NCBI GenBank assembly: GCA_028534125.1
Contig: CM052818.1
Location: forward strand, 37,512,001-37,576,000
DNA from: Lama glama
Lineage: Eukaryota
Length of the DNA: 64,000 bases
Direction: 5' to 3'
Shown here: positions 52,521-64,000 of the stretch, in pieces
Numbering within the stretch: position 1 is the stretch's first letter
Layout: each line of letters opens with the position of its first letter
The notes under the pieces: model-generated
The model's database searches: none
The model's input: only the letters and a program-made list of their open reading frames with translations
Told to the model about the DNA's origin: nothing
Made by a program: the position numbers and the translations under genes

Positions 52521-53139
52521 AATGTGTAGAGTTGACATGTTTTCAGGAAAGTTGGTGTCAATTCAACTCTGAATATCTCTTGTCTGGGATACATTCCATT
52601 CTATATATTTTACATCCTAAATACAGTGATACTTCCTACATTATCAGCAATTGCCTGCAAGTTACCCTGGGACCATTGCATCAAAATGGGTGAGCACTGT
52701 CCAATTTCTAGTCCAAGTGAACATCTTTAAAAAAAAAAAAGATCTAGGTAATTGAAATAATAATTACCCATCATCATTTATTAGAGCCTGTGATGGGAGT
52801 TAGTGCTCCAACTTAACAGAAACATGAACTTTTATAAATATTGAATGATAATTAATCAAAATGAAATACTTTGCTCCAAGACATAAACTTTAGTTCTTTA
52901 GAAAATTAATTGAATTTAAAGTAGTATTTTTATAGGGTTGGGTAGCTATTCATTAATACCGGGGGACATTTACAATTGCACAACTTTTAGAACATTTAAT
53001 AGAAATGCAGGCATAGAGCTGGGAGAAAGATCATCACGCTTCCTTTCTCTCCTTTACTCCATTAAAGTCAGAGATGAGATGACCTAGCCCAAATTGCTGT
53101 ATTGTTTGTCACAGAGCACTTAGAATTCATTTTAGTTTT

Positions 53140-53395
53140 TCACTGCAGTTTAGAATTTGAAGCTGAGAGATTTGGATTTGGGTCCTGAATGTGTTCCTCA
53201 CAGGCTGTGTGGAGACAACTGGCCCTTTCAATTTTATTTTTCTCTATATTAGTTTTCTTCACTATGAAATGAGGATAAGAATGATGATATGATAATAATT
53301 CTTTAAGTATTCCATAATGCTGTTTAAGGCTTCAATGACATCATGTACTGGAAAGAAATTTTAAAACTCTAAAGCAGAAGTGTTAAAAGTTTTCT
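53140..53395 (+). mobile_element. MIR SINE
   Basis: TTTGGATTTGGGTCCTG...GGCTGTGTG...AGTTTTCTTCACTATGAAATGAGGATAA. Confidence 0.65.
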
Positions 53396-53609
53396 TAATT
53401 TTACTGAATCTTCCAGCTCCGATTTTCTCTTTCTAGATGGATAAATTAGAAGCTAAACCAGGAAGCTCAGTCTTACGGAATTTTTAAAATTTACTTGGTA
53501 TATACTCATGTTTGGATAGATTGCACACTTTCCATCAATTTCTATGCCTGTTCATTCGTTCATTCATTCATTTTTGACCCACTGCTTTTTGAGGCTTTAT
53601 GGTACTGAG

Positions 53610-54710
53610 AGCAGGAAAATGTGTTTCCCACAGCCTTACAGTGTCTTGACCTTTTTCCTTATTACAGTTACTCTTTCTTTCAGTGGCTCCTGCACTGATA
53701 CTTCCCCTTTGTTTTCCTTCTACATCTCTGAATAGACCTTTGCAGTCTTTCCTTCCTCCTGTGCCTTAAAAAATGATGTTACTCTGAGTTTTATATTTAG
53801 CATCCTTATCTTTTCATTACACATATCCTCCCTGGATAACTTCACTTAATTTCCACGGCCCCAAGTTTGTGGTATACATCAATGAACCTCAAATTTATAT
53901 CTCTAGCTCAGACCATTCTCTGATGTTTCAGATTTATAAAGCTAACTGCCTACAGGTATTTCTCCCAGAATATCGAATATTCACACTGAATTCAAAATAT
54001 CCAAAGATAAAGGGTGGTCCCATACTTCCTCTAATTAATTTCCATAACTTTCCTCTCAATTTTCAACTCATACCAATAGATTGTACCTATTAGAAATCTG
54101 GAGGTTATCTGAAACATCGTCCTCTCTCAACATGCCCATTTCCAACTGTGAAACCCATCCCACCGAGTTTACTTCCTAAGTAACTGTTCACTCCATCCCC
54201 TTCTCTGCATCTCTACTTTCTCTGTGTTGGCTAAGCTTTTCATTCTCTCTCTCTTCCTTTACCATAGTCTGATCTCAGGTGCTTGTGGTTCAGGTAACTC
54301 CTTGTTGACATTCACACTTTCCTCACGTTTCTAAATTACAGGCATACTATGTGACTTTTCTGCTTAAAACTGTCCAGTGACTCTCTGTTTATAACATACA
54401 CATTAAAGACCAGGCTTCCTAGAAAGCCATCGAGGATCTTCATGATCTGGCCTCTGAGAATCTTTTCAACCTCATCTTTCTCCAGTTCCCCGCACTGGAT
54501 GTTTAACTTCGCAACTGAAAATGCCCTTTAATAAATGTTCACTCTATGTAGAATGCCTAATTTAGTTCCTCTAATGCGTTCAAGACCCGACTCAGATGTT
54601 ACTCATTGTAATTGCTTCAGAGTATAGCAGTACACATATCTGATAGTTTGTCATAGTAATGAAATTAGTATATATATATATATACTATATATATTTCCAT
54701 CACTAGGCTG
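53610..54710 (+). mobile_element. L2 LINE fragment
   Basis: CTCAAATTTATATCTCTAGCTCAGAC...CTGCTTAAAAC..TCCAGTG.CTC...CTTCATGATCTGGCC...TTCAAGACCC.ACTCAGATGT. Confidence 0.8.
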
Positions 54711-55039
54711 AAATACACCTTAGTATTCTATCAGGTAGCATAGTCATCCACTCTTGGGAATTCACTTGGTAATATTAAGTTAAAAAGTATAAAGTAGCAG
54801 AACATTCACTTTCATGCATGGAACGTGAATGGTTCTAAGGTAATTAATAAATATCTAAATTGGTGTAAATTGGTTTTTTTTTTTCACATTGGAGTATACT
54901 TGACTGTCATTGTCAAAACAGAATTAAGTAAAAATCAGTCAGTATTTGGTATGAATCCTTGGCTCAAACTACCTTCCGATAAAAGGGAATTTTTAAAATT
55001 TGATAATAAGTTGAAACATTCTTTTCTGAAAGCATTTCT

Positions 55040-55400
55040 TTAAGTGTTGCTGACGCATTTTTCCCGTGACGTCTTCTCAGGGAAATGTCTGGTCACTAGT
55101 GTTACCACAAGGAGGTGGTTGTTGAGGTTGGGTCGTGTTAATGAACCTGTAAGCACATTCTGCATCTGGCAGACATTCCAAGGAGAAAGCCAAGCAGATG
55201 GCTAATTTAATATAATCTAAGCGACTTTGGATCAGATAAAGCAATGGAATTAACAGCACTTTAACTCCACATACATCAGTTCCCAGCCATTCCTACCATT
55301 TCATTTCAATAGGCACTTCTTCAGGATGAAAATCAATGCTAATTGAAAGCTCATATGGTGATGTTTATGTCTGTAAAATGTGTGGTTAAATAGCATATTA
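55040..55400. promoter_or_regulatory. Candidate enhancer (CRE/AP-1-like, TEAD and RUNX motif cluster)
   Basis: TGACGCA 55051, TGACGTCT 55067, ACCACA 55104, ACATTCCA 55173 and TGTGGTT 55381 in apparently repeat-free sequence; motif evidence only. Confidence 0.35.
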
Positions 55401-55630
55401 AAAACATGTGGGCATGAATATTAGGATTGGGAAATGGATTTAATATAGAATAAATCACAGTGCCCTTAGAGTTGCTTTATGGATTTTAAATCACAAATGG
55501 TATTTTATCCATTTTGCCTACTATATTAATCTCAATTTCATTCAGACTCTTTCCATTAGATCCGTTGGGATTTATGGTTGATGCATAGTGACTTTCAACT
55601 TGCTATCCTGTGGGGTAAGATGCGTTTCTC

Positions 55631-55669
55631 TGTGTGTGTGTGTGTGTGTGTGGTGTTTGTGTGTGTGTG
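55631..55669. repeat. (TG)n microsatellite
   Basis: (TG)11 at 55631-55652 plus an interrupted extension. Confidence 0.95.
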
Positions 55670-55859
55670 AAGAGAGACAGAGAGTGGGAGGGAGACTGAT
55701 TTCATTTTGTTATTCTGTAGGTCTTTTTTGTTTTTAATAAACTGTACTTGGTAAAGAATATTTTAACCTTATTTTGTAAAGAGAGATTCATGTGCAACAG
55801 GAAGCTACAAATAATTAGTCAGTAGTTAGCAAAGTAATCCCAGAATTGATGTCTTTAAG

Positions 55860-56110
55860 CTGCAGTAGAAGAACATGGATATTATAGTTAGAAAGACCAG
55901 TGGTCAAATTTTGGCTCTATAGCTGGCCAATTATGTAACATTGTATAATTATTTTAATTTTTCTCAGTCTCAGGTTTTGTACTAGTTAAGTGAAGAAGGC
56001 AGAAACCAACATTGTGGCTCTGGAGGGGACTATATGATATGATGCTTGTAATTCTTGAAACACAGTATGGCAGGTACTCAGTAACTGTAAATCACTGTTT
56101 TCATTATCTT
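55860..56110 (+). mobile_element. MIR SINE
   Basis: TCAAATTTTGGCTCT...TATGTAAC.TTG...TTTTCTCAGTCTCAG.TTT...GCAGGTACTCAGTAA. Confidence 0.7.
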
Positions 56111-56219
56111 CTCACCATCATCATGCTCATTCTTTAGTTGGCGTATTGAGTCAGCATTCATCTACTCTTTGCAAGGAGCTATAGTAAACACTAGTAACAG
56201 AAAGATAATGCAAAAGTGG

Positions 56220-56480
56220 AGAGGTAATGGAGTGATGGGAACAAGTACACGGACTTGGAAGCCAAACTGCCTGGGTGCACATCCCAGCATCACCACTTAG
56301 TCATTCTGTGCCCTTGAGGACGCCCTTGGCTTTAGCCCTTCCACACGAAGATGGAAGTCGTACCAGTACTTACCACATAGGGTCATTGCTTTAAGATGTT
56401 AACATATGACTCGAGTGTGAACCATTTGTGTAGTGCAGTGTGGATTACAGAAGTGTTGGGGAAACATTAGAGGTAATGAG
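56220..56480 (+). mobile_element. MIR SINE
   Basis: GGAAGCCAAACTGCCTGGGT.C..ATCCCAGC...ACCACTTA...CTGTG.CCTTG...AGTACTTACC.CATAGGGT. Confidence 0.75.
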
Positions 56481-57163
56481 GAAGGAGTTTCACCATCTTT
56501 AGAAAGTTATAAATATTTGTTTAATAAATGAAGAGTAAATTCATTTCCTTCAAGGAACGCACAGTCTAGTAAAGAACTTTATCATCATACAGATCATAAT
56601 CAAAGTCTCTTTCTTGTGTATGCTAAATAGGGTTAGGTTTATACACAGCCCCTGCCCCCTTAGAGGGATTTGTGAGAAGCAAGCAAACATTAATGAAATA
56701 TGTGTGGTGACTTCATAATTAATGACTGTGCTGGAGACATAGACTTTTGTCTTTGGATAACTCAGTGAGAAAAGAGGTCTGCCTTACAGACTCTAAGGAA
56801 ACCTAACTGACGCCATGATCCTTCCTGGCCACCTGGCCATAGGTGATGGTGTTTTGCACTCGTGGTCTAAATGAGTACAGATGAGTTAGAAAGCCCCCTC
56901 CCTCTGCGTTGCACAGTCCCTTCCAGTTCAGCAACTCTTCTCCCATCACTGATATCTCACATCAAAATAAGCGAGAGGACGTATTATAAGGAAATACAGG
57001 AGCGGGCCTGCGAATATGGCCTGAATTCTCAATCACAGGTGACTTTATTACTTTCTTATAGGACCTCGACATCGTGTAATGTGCAGTACTCAAATTCTAG
57101 CGTTAGAGATTTTCCAAGATGAGGAGCCGTTATCCCTTAAACTACTCTTGGTATTACTTTGAC

Positions 57164-57203
57164 CATGTGTACACACACATGCGCGTGCGCGCGCGTGCAC
57201 ACA
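57164..57203. other. 40-bp alternating purine/pyrimidine tract (Z-DNA-prone)
   Basis: CATGTGTACACACACATGCGCGTGCGCGCGCGTGCACACA alternates perfectly and contains 6 CpG. Confidence 0.8.
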
Positions 57204-58329
57204 AGGATCATCTAATTATGCACCAAGCATAGGAAAAGATAGTCACAATAGAAACAGAACTTGCCTGTCCTATACGGCCCCCTAGCACGGAAGTGACGAG
57301 AAAGACCACTTTCCACTTTTCACACAGGTGTACCAGGTCAGTAGCTCTACTTTCAAATGGCAGACCTTGTACTTTGTTTTCCTTGTGTCTCTATTGGACT
57401 CTCCCAGGAAACACAGGAAATGTTGTCTCTTCTCTTATTCCCAGCTGTGGTCCGTGCTTTGGCAGTCTCTTCCTGCTGTGTTCTGCCACCTGTAATTCCC
57501 CCTCGTGTAGGTATCTGTCTGCAGAGGTCCGCTGTACCCCCAGTTCCTTCAAGTCACCCATGTGGTTGTCCCACTTCTAATTTCAAAGGTCCTTTGACTT
57601 ATCTGCTTTATTTACCCCCTTTCTGTCCAACGGGGGAAATGCTCTTTTTGAATTCAGATCTCAAGCAGAGTGCGTTCAGTTTCCAGATGATACGGTATTT
57701 TGTTCTTTGTCATCCCAGCCCCTTTACCACATGTTAGTGTGCGTTCTCTTAGACTCTTGTTGCCATGTTTAAATTTCTGCTCTGCCGTGGCTTTATTGTC
57801 TTTCTTTATCTTTTCAAACTCCAGTTGAAAACAAGTTTCACATTTTTCTTTCCTCCACAGAAACTCCAGGACCATGAAAATCAGAGAATGTGACAGGACA
57901 TCTGTGTAAATGTCACAGGCTATTTTACCATGGTTATTGACTGGGAGACATAAATCATTCCAAGGGGCCACCTGCTAGCTAACTCCATGGGGCAGCGTAC
58001 AGAGATATGTTGCTGCAAACACAAATGCAAGATAACGCAGCACATCCTTGCATGCTAAATGGACCAATAGAAAAACGCAGTTAAAAAAAAAAATTGGGAA
58101 GAAGAATGCAAGGCAAGGAGTTTCAACCCTTCACATCAGGAACTTGCTTTGAAGTTGAATGTCCAAAATAGCTCATCCCAAAGCCATTTGAGCTCTTCCT
58201 TTTGTAAGCATCCCTAATGTAAAAGAAGTATTAATGAGCAAGGAAACAGTGTGAGAAAGCAACATGGTGGGTGAATTATGGGGCCAAATCTGTGGTTTTA
58301 GATCCTATTTAAATCAAGTCAACAACTAC

Positions 58330-58790
58330 AATTGCTTGTAGTTAAACATGTCCTAAAGCCTCTGCATTCCGTGGTCCCTCCTTACTCTTCCAAACCAATC
58401 TTCCACAGCACTTACTCACCCTTCTCGGGTTCAAACATACTGGCCATCATTATGTTTCTCAAACATGGTATTTCTTTCATCCCCGACAGCTGTAATACAT
58501 GCCCTTAGCTCACTCATTGTTTTCTTGGGGAAATGTTCCAAGACCCTCTGGCTACACCACATCCCCCAATCAAATGCTTTCATAGTGTGACACATCTCAG
58601 CTGTTATATTTGGTATTTCTGCCATTTTTTTATTTATCTTAGGGTACCTTGATTAGTATCTCTGTGCACCTGTAGATGGTAAGATTCATCAGAGCAAGGA
58701 TTCCATCTTTTTCTTACTGTTTGTGCTTCAACCCTGACCCAAGTGTCTGGCACACAGTAGGCATTAAATGAATATTTGTTAGATGAATTC
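58330..58790 (+). mobile_element. L2 3' end
   Basis: AGATGGTAAG.TTC.TCAG.GCAAGGA...AGTGTCTGGCACACAGTAGGCATT.AAT.AATATTTGTT..ATGAAT. Confidence 0.75.
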
Positions 58791-58812
58791 CTGGCAGATT
58801 TTTTTCTCCCAG

Positions 58813-58814
58813 TT

Positions 58815-58878
<64 letters not shown>

Positions 58879-58880
58879 TC
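58813..58880. repeat. (TTTC)17 microsatellite
   Basis: Read directly from the sequence. Confidence 0.97.
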
Positions 58881-61072
58881 ATTCTTTATGTTTTTGAGCT
58901 TTGGCTCTGTGGCTGAGGACGTTCATGTCCTGGTACGCATCTTTTTTCATGTAATTCCTGTGTTACTTTGAGACTTATTTTTTGGTCAGAGCACTGGTAG
59001 TCTGAGAAGCTATAATTTTGGAAATTCCTTCATTGGAAAATGGAGGGGATTCTGATTAGCAAAGAAAAGGAACACGGATTCTAGAAGAAAGTTTAGAATA
59101 GATCTGTGATAACCAGGAACAAGAAACGGCCATATGGCGAGCAGAGAGGTCAGAGCAAGGCAAGGAATCTATACAACCCCAGGGCTGTGGCCACTGCTGC
59201 AGGTCCAAGGAGGAGTGGATATGAATACTTGGAACTGGATAAGCTTGTTCTTGGCCCAGAGCTTAAAGTACCTGTCACTGCAGCTGGCCGTGATGAATTA
59301 AGTGGAACCTGTTCTAAACAGGCCACCTGCATATTAAACTTCTCAAATGCACCAACAAAGCACTTTTGGAAGAATTCTAACTAGGTCAGCAATACATTTG
59401 CCATATATCACACGAATAATCCTAATGTAATTCATAAGTATCTCAGCTTATGGAAATTGATGTTTTCTGTAAATATTGGAGTGTGGACAACTCTCACTGC
59501 CAGTCAAAACAGAATTAAATCTGAGTCCGGGACATAGCAAGGGAAATAATAGAGATTCTTAGATTAGAGGGTGAGAGGGGTCAAGTGCTCCGTATTATCT
59601 GGCATAAACAGAAACTTCCGGAGCTATAGCTTTTTTCTCATGGAGTTATAGACAATCTGCTCTTCCTTTGAACTTTGCTCCTGAAGGCACCTCAGTGAGA
59701 TGTTCTGGAGTGAATGATTCCATTGCCTGCTTGAGCTTATTTGAAAAGTTTCATCCCTGGTGTATCATCTTAGCTTCTCTTTCAAATCACAGTTCATTGC
59801 CTTTCCCTGGCCCTCTGGACTGCCTTGATGAACTTTTCCCGTATTTTATCATTCTCTCTCTTCGGGGGCTTCAAAAGTTTCATAGGGAATCATCCAAACA
59901 TGCTCCCTGAAATGTTAACAGTGGTTAACTCAGGGCAGTAACATTACACACACATGTACAGACACACATTTCCCCAAATGTCTGCAATTAGTATGTATTG
60001 ATGTTATAATGTGCTGCTCAATTATTTATTCAGCGAATATTGAGTGAGTGCCTACTGTGTACCCATTCAGTCTCCTGGTGGATAGAGATAGAGAGGAAAT
60101 AATGATTGACATAAATCACCAGGGCGTCATGTGGGAAGATGTCAGTAAGAGCCATGCTGACTCCTGCCGTTTTCCATGCAGTATCTTCCAGAACTAAAGG
60201 AGCAGAGTCAGTGGCAGGAGACTCGCCTGAAACTTGGGAAGGGAAAGATAAAATTGAAAGGAGAGGAAACTCTCCCTTTTTTTTTTTTGTCACTATAAAG
60301 TCCTGAGTTTTTTATTTCAGAGTCAAGTTAAAATTACTTCCTGAAGGTGAACTAATTTTCTCGTCGACATTTTTGGAGTTTCCCGTTGGGTGAAGCATAT
60401 AGTGACCTAATTCTCGGTAAGATTTTGTAATCTGTAGGGATGGAAATTAAAAAAGATGTGTGCTCAAGAAAAAAGGAAAAGAAGGGGGAAAGAAGGACCT
60501 TGAATCACCACAGACTCCTGCTTAAGAGAAACAGAAAAAAACACTTCTGTACGCTTCCCTATGTTGATTTTGTGTCCAAGCGTTTGTTGGGGGAGTGACT
60601 AATGTAGAAGTGCTTTGTTTAAAATATTTGAATTTACTACCCACGATTTCCAAAATATATAATAGGGCCAAAACGATGACTTCGAAGTATTTGATTCAAT
60701 TAAATAATTGTTCGGTGTCAACTGTGTGCTCCTCAGTAGACAAAATGTTGACCCATAGAAACTATTCGGTGGTTTTTTTAAAACTATTTCTATGTGACAG
60801 GCAGCCAAGGCGTGACATACAGATGTCAGCTGCCACTTCCATGGCTCGCCCTGGGCACCTGCCACTTCAAGAAGCACTGAGGAGAGACTTGGATTCTCAG
60901 CCCAGGGTTTCAGAAGGAACATATGGCCCCAGGAAGGCTGTCAGAGATGATTCTCTTGCTGACCCCAGCCTTGATGGAGAGCTCTGCACTCTGAGCTGCC
61001 TGGATCAAAAGGAGTTTAGCTGTAGGACCCTTCCTCTGACTTAACCTGGGTTATCCTAGTCCCTGGGAGGAC

Positions 61073-61094
61073 CACACACACACACACACACACA
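61073..61094. repeat. (CA)11 microsatellite
   Basis: Read directly from the sequence. Confidence 0.95.
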
Positions 61095-62340
61095 TTTAGT
61101 TCTGGGACTCCCTAGAAATGTTCTGTTGGCGCTGGCAGGAAGTGGGGCATATCTGGGGATCCCTGTGTTTGCTTTATGTCAACCATCGTCCATCGCTGTG
61201 GCTCATATTCAGGCCCTGATCCACCATGGATGGAGAACGAAGGGAAAATGGGGAACAGTGGGTGGTTCTTACTAGACGTGCCTCTCTTCTTGCTACCAAT
61301 CTCACATTTTCCTTGACGTGCCCGGTGTGTTGGAAGTCAGGTGAGCATGCAGGTAGGGGCTCTCCCTCGAGCTCTTTTCTTCCCTTGAGGTCTTGTTTCC
61401 AGGAGGGCAGCTTGCCCGGCTGTGGTCCGAAGCTGTTTTAAACACATTCCACTCACTGTGCTAAGAAAGTGATGAGGCGAGCCACCTGCTAAGGTGTCCT
61501 CGTCTGACCCTTCTAGTCTATTCCCCATTCTCAGGGAGCAGAATCTTTTTAAAATCCAATGAAATCATAACTTTCACCATTTAACTTACTTACATTTTTC
61601 ATTTTTAAGATTTTTAAGTGATTTCCCAGAGCCCCTGGGGTTAAATCTTCCCTCAGGCCTGGGCAGCCTCCAACTTCCCAACTGCTCTCTGCCTCTTGCA
61701 TTCTTGGCTTCTGTCTGTATGCGTTTTCTCTGAGTCTCTGAAACTGCCATTTCATTTATGGTTTCCCATGTGCTCTTCAGTCTGCCTGGAGAGACCTCTG
61801 TCCCCACAACCCACCAAATCCACCCTCTGACTCATGTTCATGCCTCAGCTTATGCACCATTTCTGGTAAGAAATATTTCCTGTCTCCAAGGCTGTGCTGT
61901 GTTCCTGGTCTACAGGCCCATAGATCCTGGCACTTCATCTGCAAAGCACCAATTAGACCAGCCAACCTTGCCCAACATTGATCTTCCCTGCTGGCTTATA
62001 AACTCAGTGAAGAACTCTTTCCTTATACCTACATGTTTGGCAGCAAACAATGATGGATTGAATGACTCGAAGGCCTAGATTTTTTTCTTGCCCTTGAGTC
62101 TCTATCTTTCTGGGAAAGGAAGCAAACACAAATATCTTTAGTGTATGTTCTTCCTGGCAGGAAGAAATTCTGATTGTGGACCTAAATCTTATATTCATCT
62201 CACAGACTGAGCTATGTGACTTTTGATGGCATCATTGTGATTTTTTTCCCTAAGTGGCTTCTTCTGATCATGGAAGTCAGAAGGGGTGTGTATGTATGTT
62301 TCTCCAGAAAACCACTGCTCTCTGAAGAACATGGAACCTT

Positions 62341-63237
62341 TTCTCTTTAGTTACAAAAATTTTTATTGAAGCATAGTTGATTTACAATGTTGTGTTAGTT
62401 TCTGACATACAGCAAAGAGATTCAGTTATATGCAGGGAGGGACATATTCTTTTTCATTATGATTTATTACAGGACATTGAATATAGTTCCCTCTGCTATA
62501 CAGTGGGACCTTATCTTTTATCTATTTTATATATGGTAGTTTTTATTTACTAATTTCAAACTTCTAATTTATCCCTCCCCCATACCCTTTCCTCTTTGGT
62601 AACCATTGGCTTGTTTTCTATGTCTGTGAGTCTCTTTCTGTTTTATAAGTAAGTTTATTTGTATCATATTTTAGATTCCACATATAAGTGATATCATATG
62701 ATATTTGTCTTCCTCTTTCTGACTTACTTCTCTTGTTATGACAATCTCTAGGTCCATCAACATGTTGCTGCAAATGGTGTTGTTTCATTCTTTTTTATGG
62801 CTGACTAATATTCAACAGTATATATGTACCACATCTACTTTATCTATTCACCTGTTGATGGACATTTAGTTTCCTTCATGTCTTAGCTATTGTACATAGT
62901 GCTGCTATGAACTTTGGAGTGAACTTTTAAATTAGAATTTTCTCCAGATACATGCCCAGAAGTAGGTTTTCTGGATCATATGGCAACCCTATTTTTTTAG
63001 TTTTTTGAAGGTAACTTCATAGCATCCTCCATAGTGGCTGCACCAATTTATACTCCCACCAACAGTATAGGAGGATTCCTTTTTCTCCACACCTTCTCCA
63101 GCATTTATTATTTGTAGACTTTTTGATAATGGCCATTCTGACCAGTGTGAGGTGATACCTCACTGTAGTTTTGATTTGCATTTCTCTAATAATTAGTGAT
63201 GTTGAGCATCTTTTCATGTGCCTATTGGCCATCTGTA
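62341..63237 (-). mobile_element. 5'-truncated L1 (cetartiodactyl-type 3' UTR) with degenerate TSD
   Basis: TTTTATTGAAG.ATAGTTGATTTACAATGTTGTG...; homologous throughout to 24375-25261; TSD-like AAGAACATGGAACCTT (62325-62340) versus AGGAACTTGGAATCTT (63238-63253), 13/16 identical. Confidence 0.92.
63017..63232 (-). pseudogene. LINE-1 ORF2p C-terminal cysteine-rich region remnant
   Basis: [61 protein letters not shown] is the conserved L1 ORF2p motif; it lies inside the truncated L1. Confidence 0.93.
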
Positions 63238-64000
63238 AGGAACTTGGAATCTTGGCTTTCTAGGGTACAGTTTTTGAGGGGAAGAACAAAACAAAAATGA
63301 GCTTAGAGACAATCAATTCATGGACTAAGGCGCCCACCAGCCTGAGGGAGCCTAGCATTGCCCCTGCTAATTTAAGTAATACCCGGAGTGAAGGGAGGGT
63401 CTTTGCAGCTCAGAAACTCTCTTCCTTAATTCATATAGGCCCTTGAAATTCTGACAGAGGCCACTAGCCATTCATACTGGAGACTAAAATAATAATTAAA
63501 TTTCACAGATGCCTACAAGGGATCCAAGAGCCTGCCCTTTTAGAACACAAGGGTAACGAGAGGGCAATTTATAGTTACGTGTCTTGCAACTTTCCTAAAT
63601 TTTCTCCATCTGATCAGTCAGGAGTATAATTGAACACAATGAGGTGTTGCAGGCTTTTCCAAAGTAATACGGAGCAAGATGAACTGTTAAATTATCCCTT
63701 ACAAACTAGAATATCACTTCTATGCTTCCTAATACTCAAAACCTTCCCCTGTAGGAGATTCTTTGGGCACTTTTTTGAGCTCTTTATTAGGTTACCACCC
63801 CAGCGTTATTGTTCATTTCTACCCCTTTTCAAATCGGAGGACTAAAAGTAAATAATTTATCCTTCGCCTGGGAGCTCCGATATAATTTATCATGATGTGA
63901 AAGATAACAGTCCGATGATCACATATTTACATCATTTTTATACTAAACACAGAATAACTATGACAAATACTTTCACTGAACTTATCAAAGTGACATCAGA

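Noticed and set aside
58324..58343. Hairpin AACTACAA-TTGC-TTGTAGTT as a miRNA or terminator
   Set aside because: An 8-bp stem is far too short for a pre-miRNA and is expected by chance.
1291..63845. Six-frame ORFs (60-186 aa) as protein-coding genes
   Set aside because: Short, often in repeats or microsatellites, with no recognisable domain except L1 ORF2 remnants; expected by chance.

Overview
This is non-coding eutherian mammalian DNA, either intergenic or deep intronic. I can support no intact protein-coding gene, RNA gene or CRISPR array; the only recognisable ORFs are LINE-1 ORF2 C-terminal remnants. The window is a mosaic of ancient repeats (MIR, L2, old L1M, MLT1 LTRs, a Tigger3a-like MITE), microsatellites, and two younger 5'-truncated L1 copies with target-site duplications. 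Their 3' UTR style, with no visible Alu, B1/B2, Bov-tA/BovB, PRE-1 or SINEC, suggests a non-ruminant cetartiodactyl (best guess camelid; inference). Repeat names come from recalled consensus sequences, not a search, and old-repeat boundaries are approximate. The most notable direct observations are: a perfect 33-bp inverted duplication 1.77 kb apart, an exact 76-bp tandem duplication next to a near-palindrome, two L1 copies truncated at the same base, a candidate 19-nt minus-strand microexon, and a CpG-rich Z-DNA/ETS-CRE element. I found no convincing evidence of a new biological system.
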